From IMG/VR virus record IMGVR_UViG_3300024346_000005: a stretch of DNA of 64,000 bases, one strand, 5' to 3'. Below, one piece after another: positions 1 to 8,175 of this stretch (positions within the stretch are counted from its first letter, which is position 1; each line of letters begins with the position of its first letter). Position numbers and translations under genes: made by a program. The notes under the pieces are model-generated. The model ran no database searches and was not told where the DNA came from. It worked only from the letters and a program-made list of their open reading frames with translations. This DNA is from a virus. Lineage: Duplodnaviria > Caudoviricetes.

Positions 1-2
1 TT

Positions 3-188
3 ATGTTCTGTGGAGATGCTACTCAATCTGATTTAATAAAAACAAATGAAAAAAATGGTGTAATTGATTTTATGAAAATTTTGAGAACTATGCCGTCTAT
101 TGATATAATTGAGTTTGGTATTGATGATGTGATTCGTTCAGGATTGGTTAAGGAATTTTTAATCGCCCAACACGCACTCGGATTATAA
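3..188 (+). CDS. phoH: PhoH-family protein, C-terminal fragment (gene starts before window)
   Basis: CGDATQSDL...EFGIDDVIRSGLVKEFL is the PhoH C-terminal signature. Confidence 0.9.
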   Translation: MFCGDATQSDLIKTNEKNGVIDFMKILRTMPSIDIIEFGIDDVIRSGLVKEFLIAQHALGL

Positions 189-193
189 TAATA

Positions 194-253
194 TGTCTAA
201 CTCGTAGAGGTTTAGATTTATATAAATAATTATAACCTTTTATGAGTTAGACA
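194..253 (+). promoter_or_regulatory. Late promoter TATAAATA (221-228) inside a ~19-bp hairpin that covers the leader of the downstream endonuclease
   Basis: TGTCTAACTCGTAGAGGTT (194-212) pairs with AACCTTTTATGAGTTAGACA (234-253), ending at the GTG start. Confidence 0.85.
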
Positions 254-979
254 GTGTATAATATTTACTTAATTACCAACCTTGATAATAATAAAAAGTA
301 TGTTGGACTAACAAAGTTTTCTATCACGGAAAGATTTTATCAACACGTAAAAAGAGGATTTCTTCTAACTGAGGCAATCAAAAAGTACGGTGAAGATAAG
401 TTTTTTATTGAATTGATTGAAGAAGTTGATACTGCTGGAAGAGCATATGAATTGGAGCAGTATTATATTAAAGAGTATAATACCAAAGTTCCTTATGGTT
501 ATAATTTAACTGATGGTGGCGACGGCATTTTTGGTTGGGAAGTAACCGAAGAATATCGTCAAGAATGTTCCGAAAGAGTTAAACAACTTCATAAAGAAAA
601 AAAAGTTGGTATGTACGGTAAGAATCATAGTGATGAAACAAAAAGAAAAATGAGTGTCGCCTCAAAAGGTAAATCAAAACCTTGGTTAATTGGAAGAAAA
701 CTGAGTCCAGAATCTATTGAAAAATTGCGTCAAATAAATCTTGGTAGAGTTCTTAGTGATGAAACTAGAAAAAAAATTAGTGAAAATCATCACGATGTAA
801 ATGGGGAAAATAATCCTATGTATGGAAAAAAGCACTCTCCAGAAACTATTGAAAAGTTAAGAGAAAAGGCAAAAAATCGTCCAAAGAGAGTTTGGATTAA
901 TAATGGTATTGAAGAAAAACTTATGAATATTGACGAATCTATACCTATGGGTTATAATAAAGGAAGAGTGAGGTCTTAA
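254..979 (+). CDS. Free-standing GIY-YIG homing endonuclease with NUMOD3-type repeats
   Basis: NIYLITN...YVGLT, conserved R and E, GYNLTDGG, repeated HS.ET..K motifs. Confidence 0.9.
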   Translation: MYNIYLITNLDNNKKYVGLTKFSITERFYQHVKRGFLLTEAIKKYGEDKFFIELIEEVDTAGRAYELEQYYIKEYNTKVPYGYNLTDGGDGIFGWEVTEEYRQECSERVKQLHKEKKVGMYGKNHSDETKRKMSVASKGKSKPWLIGRKLSPESIEKLRQINLGRVLSDETRKKISENHHDVNGENNPMYGKKHSPETIEKLREKAKNRPKRVWINNGIEEKLMNIDESIPMGYNKGRVRS

Positions 980-1657
980 ATGTTTAATCATCTTGATAAT
1001 GTACTTCCTCAACTTGAGAGAGCAACAATTGATGGGGTCCGATATTACAGCATCCCAGATGGAGACCAACTACTCAAGATGGTCTCCATCACCTCAGTAA
1101 CCAGTCATTTTAATAAGGAAATCTTTGTCAAGTGGCGTAAGAGAGTTGGTGTAGAAGAGGCAGATAAAATCACCAAGGCAGCAACCAGTCGTGGAACTGA
1201 TATGCACACTCTGGTTGAGAACTATCTTTATAATAGAGAGCTTCCTCCGGTTCAACCCATATCAGATTTTCTTTTTAAGATTGCTAAAACTGAACTGAAT
1301 AAAATTGATAATATTTACTGCCTAGAAGGTGCTTTGTATAGTAAGCAACTTGGTGTGGCAGGAACAACTGACTGTATTGCCGAGTTTGATGGAGAACTTG
1401 CGGTTATAGACTTCAAGACTTCTAAAAAACCCAAACCCAGAGAATGGATTGAGAATTATTTCGTTCAGGCGATGTTCTATGGAATGGCACTTTATGAGAT
1501 GACAGATATTCCGATTAAGAAACTAGTAATCATTATGGCATGTGAGAATGGTGAATGTGTGGTGTACGAAGAAAGAGACCTAAACAAGTATATGAAACTT
1601 GTGGTCCAATACATCAAAAAGTTTGTGAACGATAAACTAGAACATATGTCTACTTGA
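980..1657 (+). CDS. PD-(D/E)XK exonuclease (cyanophage exonuclease, Cas4-like fold)
   Basis: RGTDMH, AGTTDCIAEF, VIDFKTS, YFVQAMFY motifs; usual position between phoH and gp33. Confidence 0.85.
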   Translation: MFNHLDNVLPQLERATIDGVRYYSIPDGDQLLKMVSITSVTSHFNKEIFVKWRKRVGVEEADKITKAATSRGTDMHTLVENYLYNRELPPVQPISDFLFKIAKTELNKIDNIYCLEGALYSKQLGVAGTTDCIAEFDGELAVIDFKTSKKPKPREWIENYFVQAMFYGMALYEMTDIPIKKLVIIMACENGECVVYEERDLNKYMKLVVQYIKKFVNDKLEHMST

Positions 1658-1682
1658 CTAATTGATTATTATATCTTATAAT
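1654..1682 (+). promoter_or_regulatory. sigma70-type promoter
   Basis: TTGACT-17 nt-TATAAT. Confidence 0.8.
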
Positions 1683-1703
1683 ACATATTATTACTGCTAA
1701 ACT

Positions 1704-2018
1704 ATGACAAACATACTAGCGACATTCCTAGAGATTAATATAGAAGATATGGAATCACCCGAATCAAACAAAGAATTAGAGCAGGCAATAGAAGATAAGT
1801 TTCTTACACCTTCCAAGTTTGCCCTAGAAATAGAAAAAATAGTTGCGGAAGAAAACTGTAATTATATTGATGCCATTTGCCATTATTGTGAAATTAATAG
1901 TATTGATATTGAATCAGTCACCAAACTAGTTTCCAAACCTCTTAAAGAAAGATTGAAGTATGATGCTATTAATTTGAATTTTATGAAAAGAGTCTCTAAA
2001 GCGAAATTGCCTATCTGA
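1704..2018 (+). CDS. gp33: Late promoter transcription co-activator gp33
   Basis: KFALEIEKIV...NYIDAICHYCE...LKERLKYDAINLNF motif and synteny. Confidence 0.9.
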   Translation: MTNILATFLEINIEDMESPESNKELEQAIEDKFLTPSKFALEIEKIVAEENCNYIDAICHYCEINSIDIESVTKLVSKPLKERLKYDAINLNFMKRVSKAKLPI

Positions 2019-2605
2019 TGTCACCCTTTGAAACTTATCAGGCTTATTTGGGCATTAAGAATCACTTTTCTAATCCCAAATATGATTACTTTAAATATAA
2101 AAAGACAAGAGCAACACTAACTTCGTTTAATAAAAGAAAGGACCGGTATTTTTTCGAGAAAACAAGTCGTAAGTACCAAGATAAAGAAATAGTAGATTTT
2201 CTAGTATCAAATTTTGTAGCAGCAGATAGTACAAGTAATTTATGGATTGGAGAAATTATAAATTCTGGAGAAAGAACCTACCAAGAATGGATGAAAAGAC
2301 AGCAGAGTCTGACTTACTTATTCAAGGAGCAATCGACCGAATTGTTCTCTCAGACAAAATTAGAGAATGTTTTCGACTGCTCGAAAGGTCATCCAATTCT
2401 TCTCAAAACATTTCTAAAAAGTGAATTGGCACCTGAAATAATGGTAATCTATGATACAATATTCTCGTATATTAGTGAGTTTGACAAGAAACTTCTGGAC
2501 CCAGTATGGGAAACCGTAAGTTTGAAAATTCGGAAATATAAACCCTTTATACATACTGATATATTCCAGTACAAAAAACTTTTACGGGACATTATAAATG
2601 AGTAG
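2018..2605 (+). CDS. gp59: Helicase loader gp59
   Basis: YLGIKNHF...YDYFKY...FNKRKDRYFFEK motif and synteny. Confidence 0.9.
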   Translation: MSPFETYQAYLGIKNHFSNPKYDYFKYKKTRATLTSFNKRKDRYFFEKTSRKYQDKEIVDFLVSNFVAADSTSNLWIGEIINSGERTYQEWMKRQQSLTYLFKEQSTELFSQTKLENVFDCSKGHPILLKTFLKSELAPEIMVIYDTIFSYISEFDKKLLDPVWETVSLKIRKYKPFIHTDIFQYKKLLRDIINE

Positions 2606-2927
2606 TTTTTTTGATTCTGATATTATTCAGGATGAACTAAAAGAAATCAATCAACTTCAAGAGTTTATATACAATAGTATTTTAACTTTTGGTATGATGC
2701 CTCGTGAAGATAAACTGGAACATATTGATAAAATGACAATACTGCTTGAAAAGCAGCGTATTATGTACACAAGACTTTCTCTTTCTGATGACCCTCAGGC
2801 AATTGAGATGAAAGAGAATCTGAGAAGGTCAGTTGCTCTGATGGGATTTCCACCAGAGACTGATATGAATATTCTTTTCAGCAGTATGACAAAAACAATT
2901 GAGTCACTCAAAAAGTACCTTGACTAA
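2598..2927 (+). CDS. DUF1825-like cyanobacterial/cyanophage protein
   Basis: FFDSDIIQDEL...LEKQRIMYTRLSLSDDP motif. Confidence 0.75.
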   Translation: MSSFFDSDIIQDELKEINQLQEFIYNSILTFGMMPREDKLEHIDKMTILLEKQRIMYTRLSLSDDPQAIEMKENLRRSVALMGFPPETDMNILFSSMTKTIESLKKYLD

Positions 2928-2948
2928 TGAGTGATTTTTTGCTATAAT
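2920..2948 (+). promoter_or_regulatory. sigma70-type promoter for gp32
   Basis: TTGACT-17 nt-TATAAT. Confidence 0.8.
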
Positions 2949-2989
2949 ATCTAAGTAATCCAACAATCTAAACTATCCTAAAAAATCTT

Positions 2990-3901
2990 ATGTCTTTTTC
3001 AGACCTAAAAAAGCAATCTAAACTTGGTTCTCTCACCGAAAAACTGGTGAAAGAAGTTGAAAAAATGAATAATTCTGGTAATTCTTCTGATGACCGTTTG
3101 TGGAAATTGGAATGTGACAAAGCAAATAATGGTTATGCCGTTATTCGTTTCCTTCCTGCTCCTGATGGTGAAGACTTGCCATTCGTCAAAGTCTATTCTC
3201 ACGCCTTTCAGGGACCCGGTGGTTGGTTGATTGACTCGTGCCTAACTACTCTCAACCAGAAGTGCCCCGTATGTGAGCACAACGGTCAATTGTGGAACTC
3301 TGGTATAGACTCCAATAAGGAAGTTGCCCGTAAGCAGAAGCGTAAACTGACTTATATGAGTAATATCTATGTTGTCAAGGACCCTGCTAATCCTGATAAT
3401 GAGGGTAAAGTCTTCCTCTTCAAGTATGGTAAGAAAATCTTTGACAAACTCACGGAAGCAATGCAACCTGAGTTTGAAGATGAAACTGCCATCGATCCGT
3501 TTGATTTCTGGACTGGTGCCAATTTCAAACTGAAGGCAAAGAGTGTTGCCGGTTATAGAAACTATGATTCCAGTGAATTTGCCTCTCAGGGCGCTTTGTT
3601 GAATGATGATGATGCTATGGAAGCAATTTGGAAGAAGCAGTTTTCTCTTTCTGAGTTTGTTTCTCCTGACCAATTCAAGTCTTATGAAGAAATGAAGAAG
3701 CGTCTTGAAGTTGCCTTAGGCGGAAAGTCTGCTCGTATTGATTCTGAAGTTGAGGATGAGGACAACTATCGTGGTCCTGCTCCTTCTCTGACTGAAGATT
3801 TGCGTACTGAACTTAGCAACCTGAAACCGACTCGTTCTGTTGCGGTTGATGATGATGAAGATGATGAATCCTTATCATATTTTGCTCGCCTAGCGGAATA
3901 A
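2990..3901 (+). CDS. gp32: Single-stranded DNA-binding protein gp32
   Basis: GYAVIRFLP, H...C...CPVC zinc ligands, DPFDFW, acidic tail ending YFARLAE. Confidence 0.95.
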   Translation: MSFSDLKKQSKLGSLTEKLVKEVEKMNNSGNSSDDRLWKLECDKANNGYAVIRFLPAPDGEDLPFVKVYSHAFQGPGGWLIDSCLTTLNQKCPVCEHNGQLWNSGIDSNKEVARKQKRKLTYMSNIYVVKDPANPDNEGKVFLFKYGKKIFDKLTEAMQPEFEDETAIDPFDFWTGANFKLKAKSVAGYRNYDSSEFASQGALLNDDDAMEAIWKKQFSLSEFVSPDQFKSYEEMKKRLEVALGGKSARIDSEVEDEDNYRGPAPSLTEDLRTELSNLKPTRSVAVDDDEDDESLSYFARLAE

Positions 3902-3907
3902 TAAGGT

Positions 3908-3934
3908 AAAGGGGAGAGAAATCTCCTCTTTTTT
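3908..3934. terminator. Intrinsic terminator between convergent gp32 and gp53
   Basis: AAA-GGGGAGA-GAAA-TCTCCTC-TTTTTT hairpin. Confidence 0.85.
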
Positions 3935-4580
3935 ATGGCATCGTGACTCTTGTGTTTTCGGTGCGAATTAATTTATCATTTACATATTGCGATGATTTAT
4001 CATAAGTCATCGCTTTTCTTGTATCATTAATAACCTGCTGAAGATATGCAGGTTTGAGAACATAAATGTCTCTTTTTTTATCATTTTTTCTGACTTCATA
4101 TTCATAGTTACTAATACCAACAACAGGATTTAGAGTTTGTACGGGAATATTAGGGTCTGGGATAGTAAAAGTAGAATCTACGATTTTACCTGCCGGAAGT
4201 ATGAGTCTTCCTCTAGAATCTTTGACTTCTATCGTTTCGTAATGATGAACTGCGTTTATGTCATTTCCGTATAATTGTTCTGAGTATCTATAGATGTCTC
4301 TATCAGAAAGAGGCCATTCATTTCTTACATTTATAATATTGGCACCAATCAATACGACCCAATCATACTGAGAACTTCCATAAAGTTCTTCGGCAACCGT
4401 ATCAGGTCTTGCTCCTTCTTGGATTTCATACTTATTGAATATGGTAAAAACATTTTGTAAGTCATCACGAAGTTTAACTCTACGAAATACATTTTTTACC
4501 AATAAGTATTCATCGGAACCTTTACTACTGGATAAGAATGACTGGTATTCTAAGTTTGGAAGTTCTCTGAAGTAAGACAT
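3933..4580 (-). CDS. gp53: Baseplate wedge subunit gp53
   Basis: YF...ARPDTVAEELYG...DWVVL...HHYET (LysM-like) motif. Confidence 0.9.
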   Translation of the reverse strand: MSYFRELPNLEYQSFLSSSKGSDEYLLVKNVFRRVKLRDDLQNVFTIFNKYEIQEGARPDTVAEELYGSSQYDWVVLIGANIINVRNEWPLSDRDIYRYSEQLYGNDINAVHHYETIEVKDSRGRLILPAGKIVDSTFTIPDPNIPVQTLNPVVGISNYEYEVRKNDKKRDIYVLKPAYLQQVINDTRKAMTYDKSSQYVNDKLIRTENTRVTMP

Positions 4581-5590
4581 TAGAATCCTGTTCCTTTTAT
4601 AGTGGACTTATAATCACCGGTTGGTGACCCTGCTTCAATATAATCCTCACGATAGATTGGCGTGAGTTCTTGGAATGTTAGAGTCATATTCATATGAACC
4701 GGTGTGGCATCAGAATATGTGGCATATGTTCCTGAAGCAGTATAATTGACTGACATAGCATTCAAGGCACATATCTTAAATTGATTCAAGAATGGATGCG
4801 GTTTTCCACCACTCATATACCGAAGTCTAAACACACTTGGAGATTTGAGGAATAATCCGGCAGCACCATCACTTGCTGCTCCTTTTTGTGCCGCAGATTC
4901 AGACTTAAAGAATCTGATAATATCTTTGATTTCATCCGATTCTTTTTTAGAACGAGGAACTAAATCAAATGAAAATGAAAATCCACTTCTTAGTGTTACT
5001 CCACTAAAAAGAAGTTCCGTATTTGAGTTAAAAACTGCTCCGGTTGCTCTGGAAAGATTTTGATTGAAGTCTGAACCTCCAAGTAGTGCCTTTGCTGCCT
5101 GACTAGCAAAAAATGCTTGTACTGTATCTTGCCCAATCGCCGTTTGTGATGCCCCACTAGCTTTACCAATTAGATTGCTAACTGCACCTACTGTACTCTT
5201 AAAAAAGTTTCCGCCCTCAATTATTTCTTTTCCTGCCCCCAGTATCGCAGTTTGTAGGGGTCCCATATCACCAGGACCCCAACCTGCACTATTACTATCC
5301 TGAATACCTTCTGGAATTGGTAATATTACGGTTCCTTTGATGTTTTTTGCTCCATACCCACCTTCCGCAACAACATCATCAGAACTTCTTTGTGCAAAAT
5401 TCGTCTCACCAAGACTCAATCCCGGTGGAAGATACTCATAAGATTCAATCTGCAGATAATCATCGGACTTATCAATATTCTTTAATGGATAGCGAAATAT
5501 TTTTGATGATGGTGCTCTATTTGCCGCTGCTTTATATCCACCAATAATGGCATTCTGAGTGGCTGATGATATTGGAGTTGAAAAAGCCAT
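4580..5590 (-). CDS. gp48: Baseplate tail-tube cap gp48
   Basis: LPIP..IQDSN, N.ELLFSGVTLRS.FSFSF, FLKSP..F, L.FQE motifs. Confidence 0.85.
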   Translation of the reverse strand: MAFSTPISSATQNAIIGGYKAAANRAPSSKIFRYPLKNIDKSDDYLQIESYEYLPPGLSLGETNFAQRSSDDVVAEGGYGAKNIKGTVILPIPEGIQDSNSAGWGPGDMGPLQTAILGAGKEIIEGGNFFKSTVGAVSNLIGKASGASQTAIGQDTVQAFFASQAAKALLGGSDFNQNLSRATGAVFNSNTELLFSGVTLRSGFSFSFDLVPRSKKESDEIKDIIRFFKSESAAQKGAASDGAAGLFLKSPSVFRLRYMSGGKPHPFLNQFKICALNAMSVNYTASGTYATYSDATPVHMNMTLTFQELTPIYREDYIEAGSPTGDYKSTIKGTGF

Positions 5591-5599
5591 TTATAGTTT

Positions 5600-5947
5600 T
5601 TAGTTATTTATCTTGATTTGTCCGAAAGGTATTCTTCTCAAATCACCGACTTCATTTTTATCCACAATATGTAGAGGTCCAATCACTTCTTCAAGGGTAT
5701 ATTGACGCCGTTTTTCCCAGTGGTAGTTAATGCCACTAAACCCCCAGGAATAAACATTTGTAACGGCAACCAAAGGATGAGCATCATACCTTACACGAGG
5801 AGTCTTTGGTCTATAAACAAAAGTGTAAAATTTACCTACCTCTGGAGAACTAGTAGTTTCTTTTAGTACATCAAGTATTTCCAACATCAAATCATCCGCA
5901 TCTTCTGTTCCGTATAATTTTTTAAGTAGGGGTTTGATGCGGTTCAT
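5600..5947 (-). CDS. gp2-like DNA end protector (short form)
   Basis: YTFVYRPKT...YDAHPLV...GINYHW resembles gp2 core; lies next to gp4. Confidence 0.55.
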   Translation of the reverse strand: MNRIKPLLKKLYGTEDADDLMLEILDVLKETTSSPEVGKFYTFVYRPKTPRVRYDAHPLVAVTNVYSWGFSGINYHWEKRRQYTLEEVIGPLHIVDKNEVGDLRRIPFGQIKINN

Positions 5948-6387
5948 TTTTTGGCAATACCTAATTCGTATTCTGTAATTACCTTAAAAATCCATCCTCT
6001 GTCCTTACAATATTCCCTTGCTGCCTCCCATTTTGATTGATTCTTAGCATACTCATATGCCTCATAGATATATCCTTTGGTCTGCCTTTTTGGTTTGGGT
6101 GGTGGCATCGTTTGTTTATGAGGTTTAATCTCAATCAAATATTTCTTAATACTTCCATCGGGTTCTTTGACTTTTATATAAGCATCAGGAAAATATCTAT
6201 GAATACGACCATCTACCGGAGAACGATAGGGGATGGCAAGTTCTTCGGAGGCATACTCCAAAATATTTACATTCGTATCACAATATTTCAGAAACTTCAA
6301 TTCCCATAGAGACCTGTATATAATATTAGTAGGGTCGCCAACATATTTTTCTGGAAATGATGGTTTAAATTTTCCCTTATAAGACAT
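5944..6387 (-). CDS. gp4: Head completion nuclease gp4
   Basis: YKGKFKP..PEKY.GD...YRSLWE...RYFPD...IEIKP...KWEAAR. Confidence 0.9.
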   Translation of the reverse strand: MSYKGKFKPSFPEKYVGDPTNIIYRSLWELKFLKYCDTNVNILEYASEELAIPYRSPVDGRIHRYFPDAYIKVKEPDGSIKKYLIEIKPHKQTMPPPKPKRQTKGYIYEAYEYAKNQSKWEAAREYCKDRGWIFKVITEYELGIAKK

Positions 6388-6427
6388 CTAAATACTTATA
6401 CTAATAAGACTCATAAAGGTATTTAGA
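6387..6427. promoter_or_regulatory. Face-to-face late promoters for the divergent gp4 and tail-tube-like genes
   Basis: TCTAAATAC (6387-6395) and its inverted copy GTATTTAGA (6419-6427), each touching the opposite gene's start codon. Confidence 0.7.
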
Positions 6428-7243
6428 GTGCCTAGTATCCGCAGAATATCCGACTTTAAACCACTCTTCACGAATCTTGCACAGACTTCTCATTATGAAG
6501 TAAGATTTGGTGGTGTAGGACCTCTTGGGGGACCACTAATGGCATATCTTTTTCGTAAAGGAATTAGTCAAAGATTTATTGCCGAAGATGCTGGATTACT
6601 TTGTTTTTCGGCATCTCTTCCAACTACTTCTTTGGCAACTGCTAATGTTAGTGGGAACTTTATGGGTATAACGGAGAAGTTTGCACACACCAGACAATAT
6701 ATTCCAATCAGTCTAGAATTTTATGTAGATAAAAATTATAATGCTCTTAAATTTATGGAAAGTTGGATGGAGTTTATTGCAAGTGGTTCCAATAATCCAA
6801 TTGGAAGTAGTCTTGCTCCAATAGGGCAGAATCGTAAGGATTATATCTCTAGAATGCAATATCCAGAATATTATAAATCTGATAGAACTACAATCACAAA
6901 GTTTGATAGAGATTATAATAGAGAAATAGAATATACTTTTATTGGACTATTTCCATCGGCAATGTCATCAATTCCAGTAAGTTATAGTTCATCAGATATT
7001 CTTAAGATGTCGGTGACTTTTGAGTATGATCGTTATATTGCAGGTAAATCATTAAGTTTGAATGAAATTATTGGCAATAATAATAATCAAATCAATAATC
7101 AAATCAATAATAATAATCAAAGCAATAATCAAAGCAATAATCAAAGAGTTGTTTATAGAACTGGACAATCTCTTGGTGAAAGTGGAGTAAGAGGTACAAT
7201 TCCAAATCAAGGAAGTGTGTTTCCTACGATTTTAAATAATTGA
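6428..7243 (+). CDS. Tail tube initiator / gp54-gp19-like baseplate protein
   Basis: CFSASLP, FYVD..Y....F.E.WM, Y.F..LFP, V.F.Y motifs; synteny. Confidence 0.7.
   Translation: MPSIRRISDFKPLFTNLAQTSHYEVRFGGVGPLGGPLMAYLFRKGISQRFIAEDAGLLCFSASLPTTSLATANVSGNFMGITEKFAHTRQYIPISLEFYVDKNYNALKFMESWMEFIASGSNNPIGSSLAPIGQNRKDYISRMQYPEYYKSDRTTITKFDRDYNREIEYTFIGLFPSAMSSIPVSYSSSDILKMSVTFEYDRYIAGKSLSLNEIIGNNNNQINNQINNNNQSNNQSNNQRVVYRTGQSLGESGVRGTIPNQGSVFPTILNN
7077..7146 (+). repeat. In-frame 12-nt tandem repeats (N/Q-rich tail)
   Basis: AATAATCAAATC and AATAATCAAAGC units. Confidence 0.85.
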
Positions 7244-7279
7244 CCTAAATATCCTTAATGAAGTTTTTATTCAAGTATT

Positions 7280-7999
7280 ATGCCATTACCAAAAATTGCG
7301 GTGCCAACATATGAGTTGGAAGTTCCATCATTAAAAAAGAATATTAAGTATAGACCTTTTCTGGTTAAAGAAGAAAAGATTTTAATTATTGCGATGGAAA
7401 GTGAGGATACAAAACAAATTGCAGAAGCGGTAAAAACCGTAATTTCAAATTGTATTATTACGAAAGGAATCAAGGTAGAGCAACTATCAACTTTTGATAT
7501 TGAATATTTGTTCTTGAATGTCCGTGGAAAGTCAGTTGGAGAGTCGGTGGATGTTTTAATTACCTGCCCCGATGATGGAACCACACAAGTTCCAGTTTCA
7601 ATCAATCTGGATGAAATTAAAGTAAATGTAGATGAAAATCATTCAAAGGATATTAAACTTGATGATGTTCTAACTCTTCGTATGAAATATCCATCTATGC
7701 AGGAGTTCATTAAGAACAACTTTAATAATAATGAATCTGTGAGTGTAGATGATACTTTTGAGATGATTTCTGCCTGTGTAGAGCAGATTTATAGTGAAGA
7801 AGAATCTTGGAATGCTTCTGATACGACTAAAAAAGAACTAAATGAGTTTTTGGAACAACTTACTACTAATCAGTTTAAGGAAATTGAGAAGTTTTTTGAG
7901 ACGATGCCTAAACTTTCTTATACTATTAAATTGAAAAATCCAAATACTGATGTGGAAAGTGAGGTCATACTGGAGGGATTAACATCTTTTTTCGCCTAG
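7280..7999 (+). CDS. gp26: Baseplate hub subunit/chaperone gp26
   Basis: MPLPKI..PTYEL...YRPFLVKEEK...LNVRGKSVGE...EGLTSFF. Confidence 0.9.
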   Translation: MPLPKIAVPTYELEVPSLKKNIKYRPFLVKEEKILIIAMESEDTKQIAEAVKTVISNCIITKGIKVEQLSTFDIEYLFLNVRGKSVGESVDVLITCPDDGTTQVPVSINLDEIKVNVDENHSKDIKLDDVLTLRMKYPSMQEFIKNNFNNNESVSVDDTFEMISACVEQIYSEEESWNASDTTKKELNEFLEQLTTNQFKEIEKFFETMPKLSYTIKLKNPNTDVESEVILEGLTSFFA

Positions 8000-8001
8000 G
8001 A

Positions 8002-8175
8002 ATGGCTCATACTTCGTTGGAGTCATACTATAAGACTACATTTCAGTTAATGCAGCATCATAAATATTCATTAACGGAGTTAGAAAATATGTTACCTTGG
8101 GAAAAAGAAGTTTATATTACTCTTCTTTCTCAATATATTGAAGAGCAAAATCTAAAGAACCAGCAGAATGGCTAG
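8002..8175 (+). CDS. gp51: Baseplate hub assembly catalyst gp51-like, 57 aa (not in ORF track)
   Basis: Translates MAHTSLESYYKTTFQLMQHHKYSLTELENMLPWEKEVYITLLSQYIEEQNLKNQQNG. Confidence 0.85.
   Translation: MAHTSLESYYKTTFQLMQHHKYSLTELENMLPWEKEVYITLLSQYIEEQNLKNQQNG

Noticed and set aside
254-979. Group I intron housing the endonuclease genes
   Set aside because: Flanking genes end and start normally on each side, and I saw no intron core around any of the six endonuclease genes.
980-1657. Cas4 as part of a CRISPR system
   Set aside because: This is the stand-alone PD-(D/E)XK exonuclease in its usual position between phoH and gp33.
7077-7146. N/Q microsatellite as a functional element
   Set aside because: It is an in-frame low-complexity expansion in a variable C-terminal tail, with no further support.
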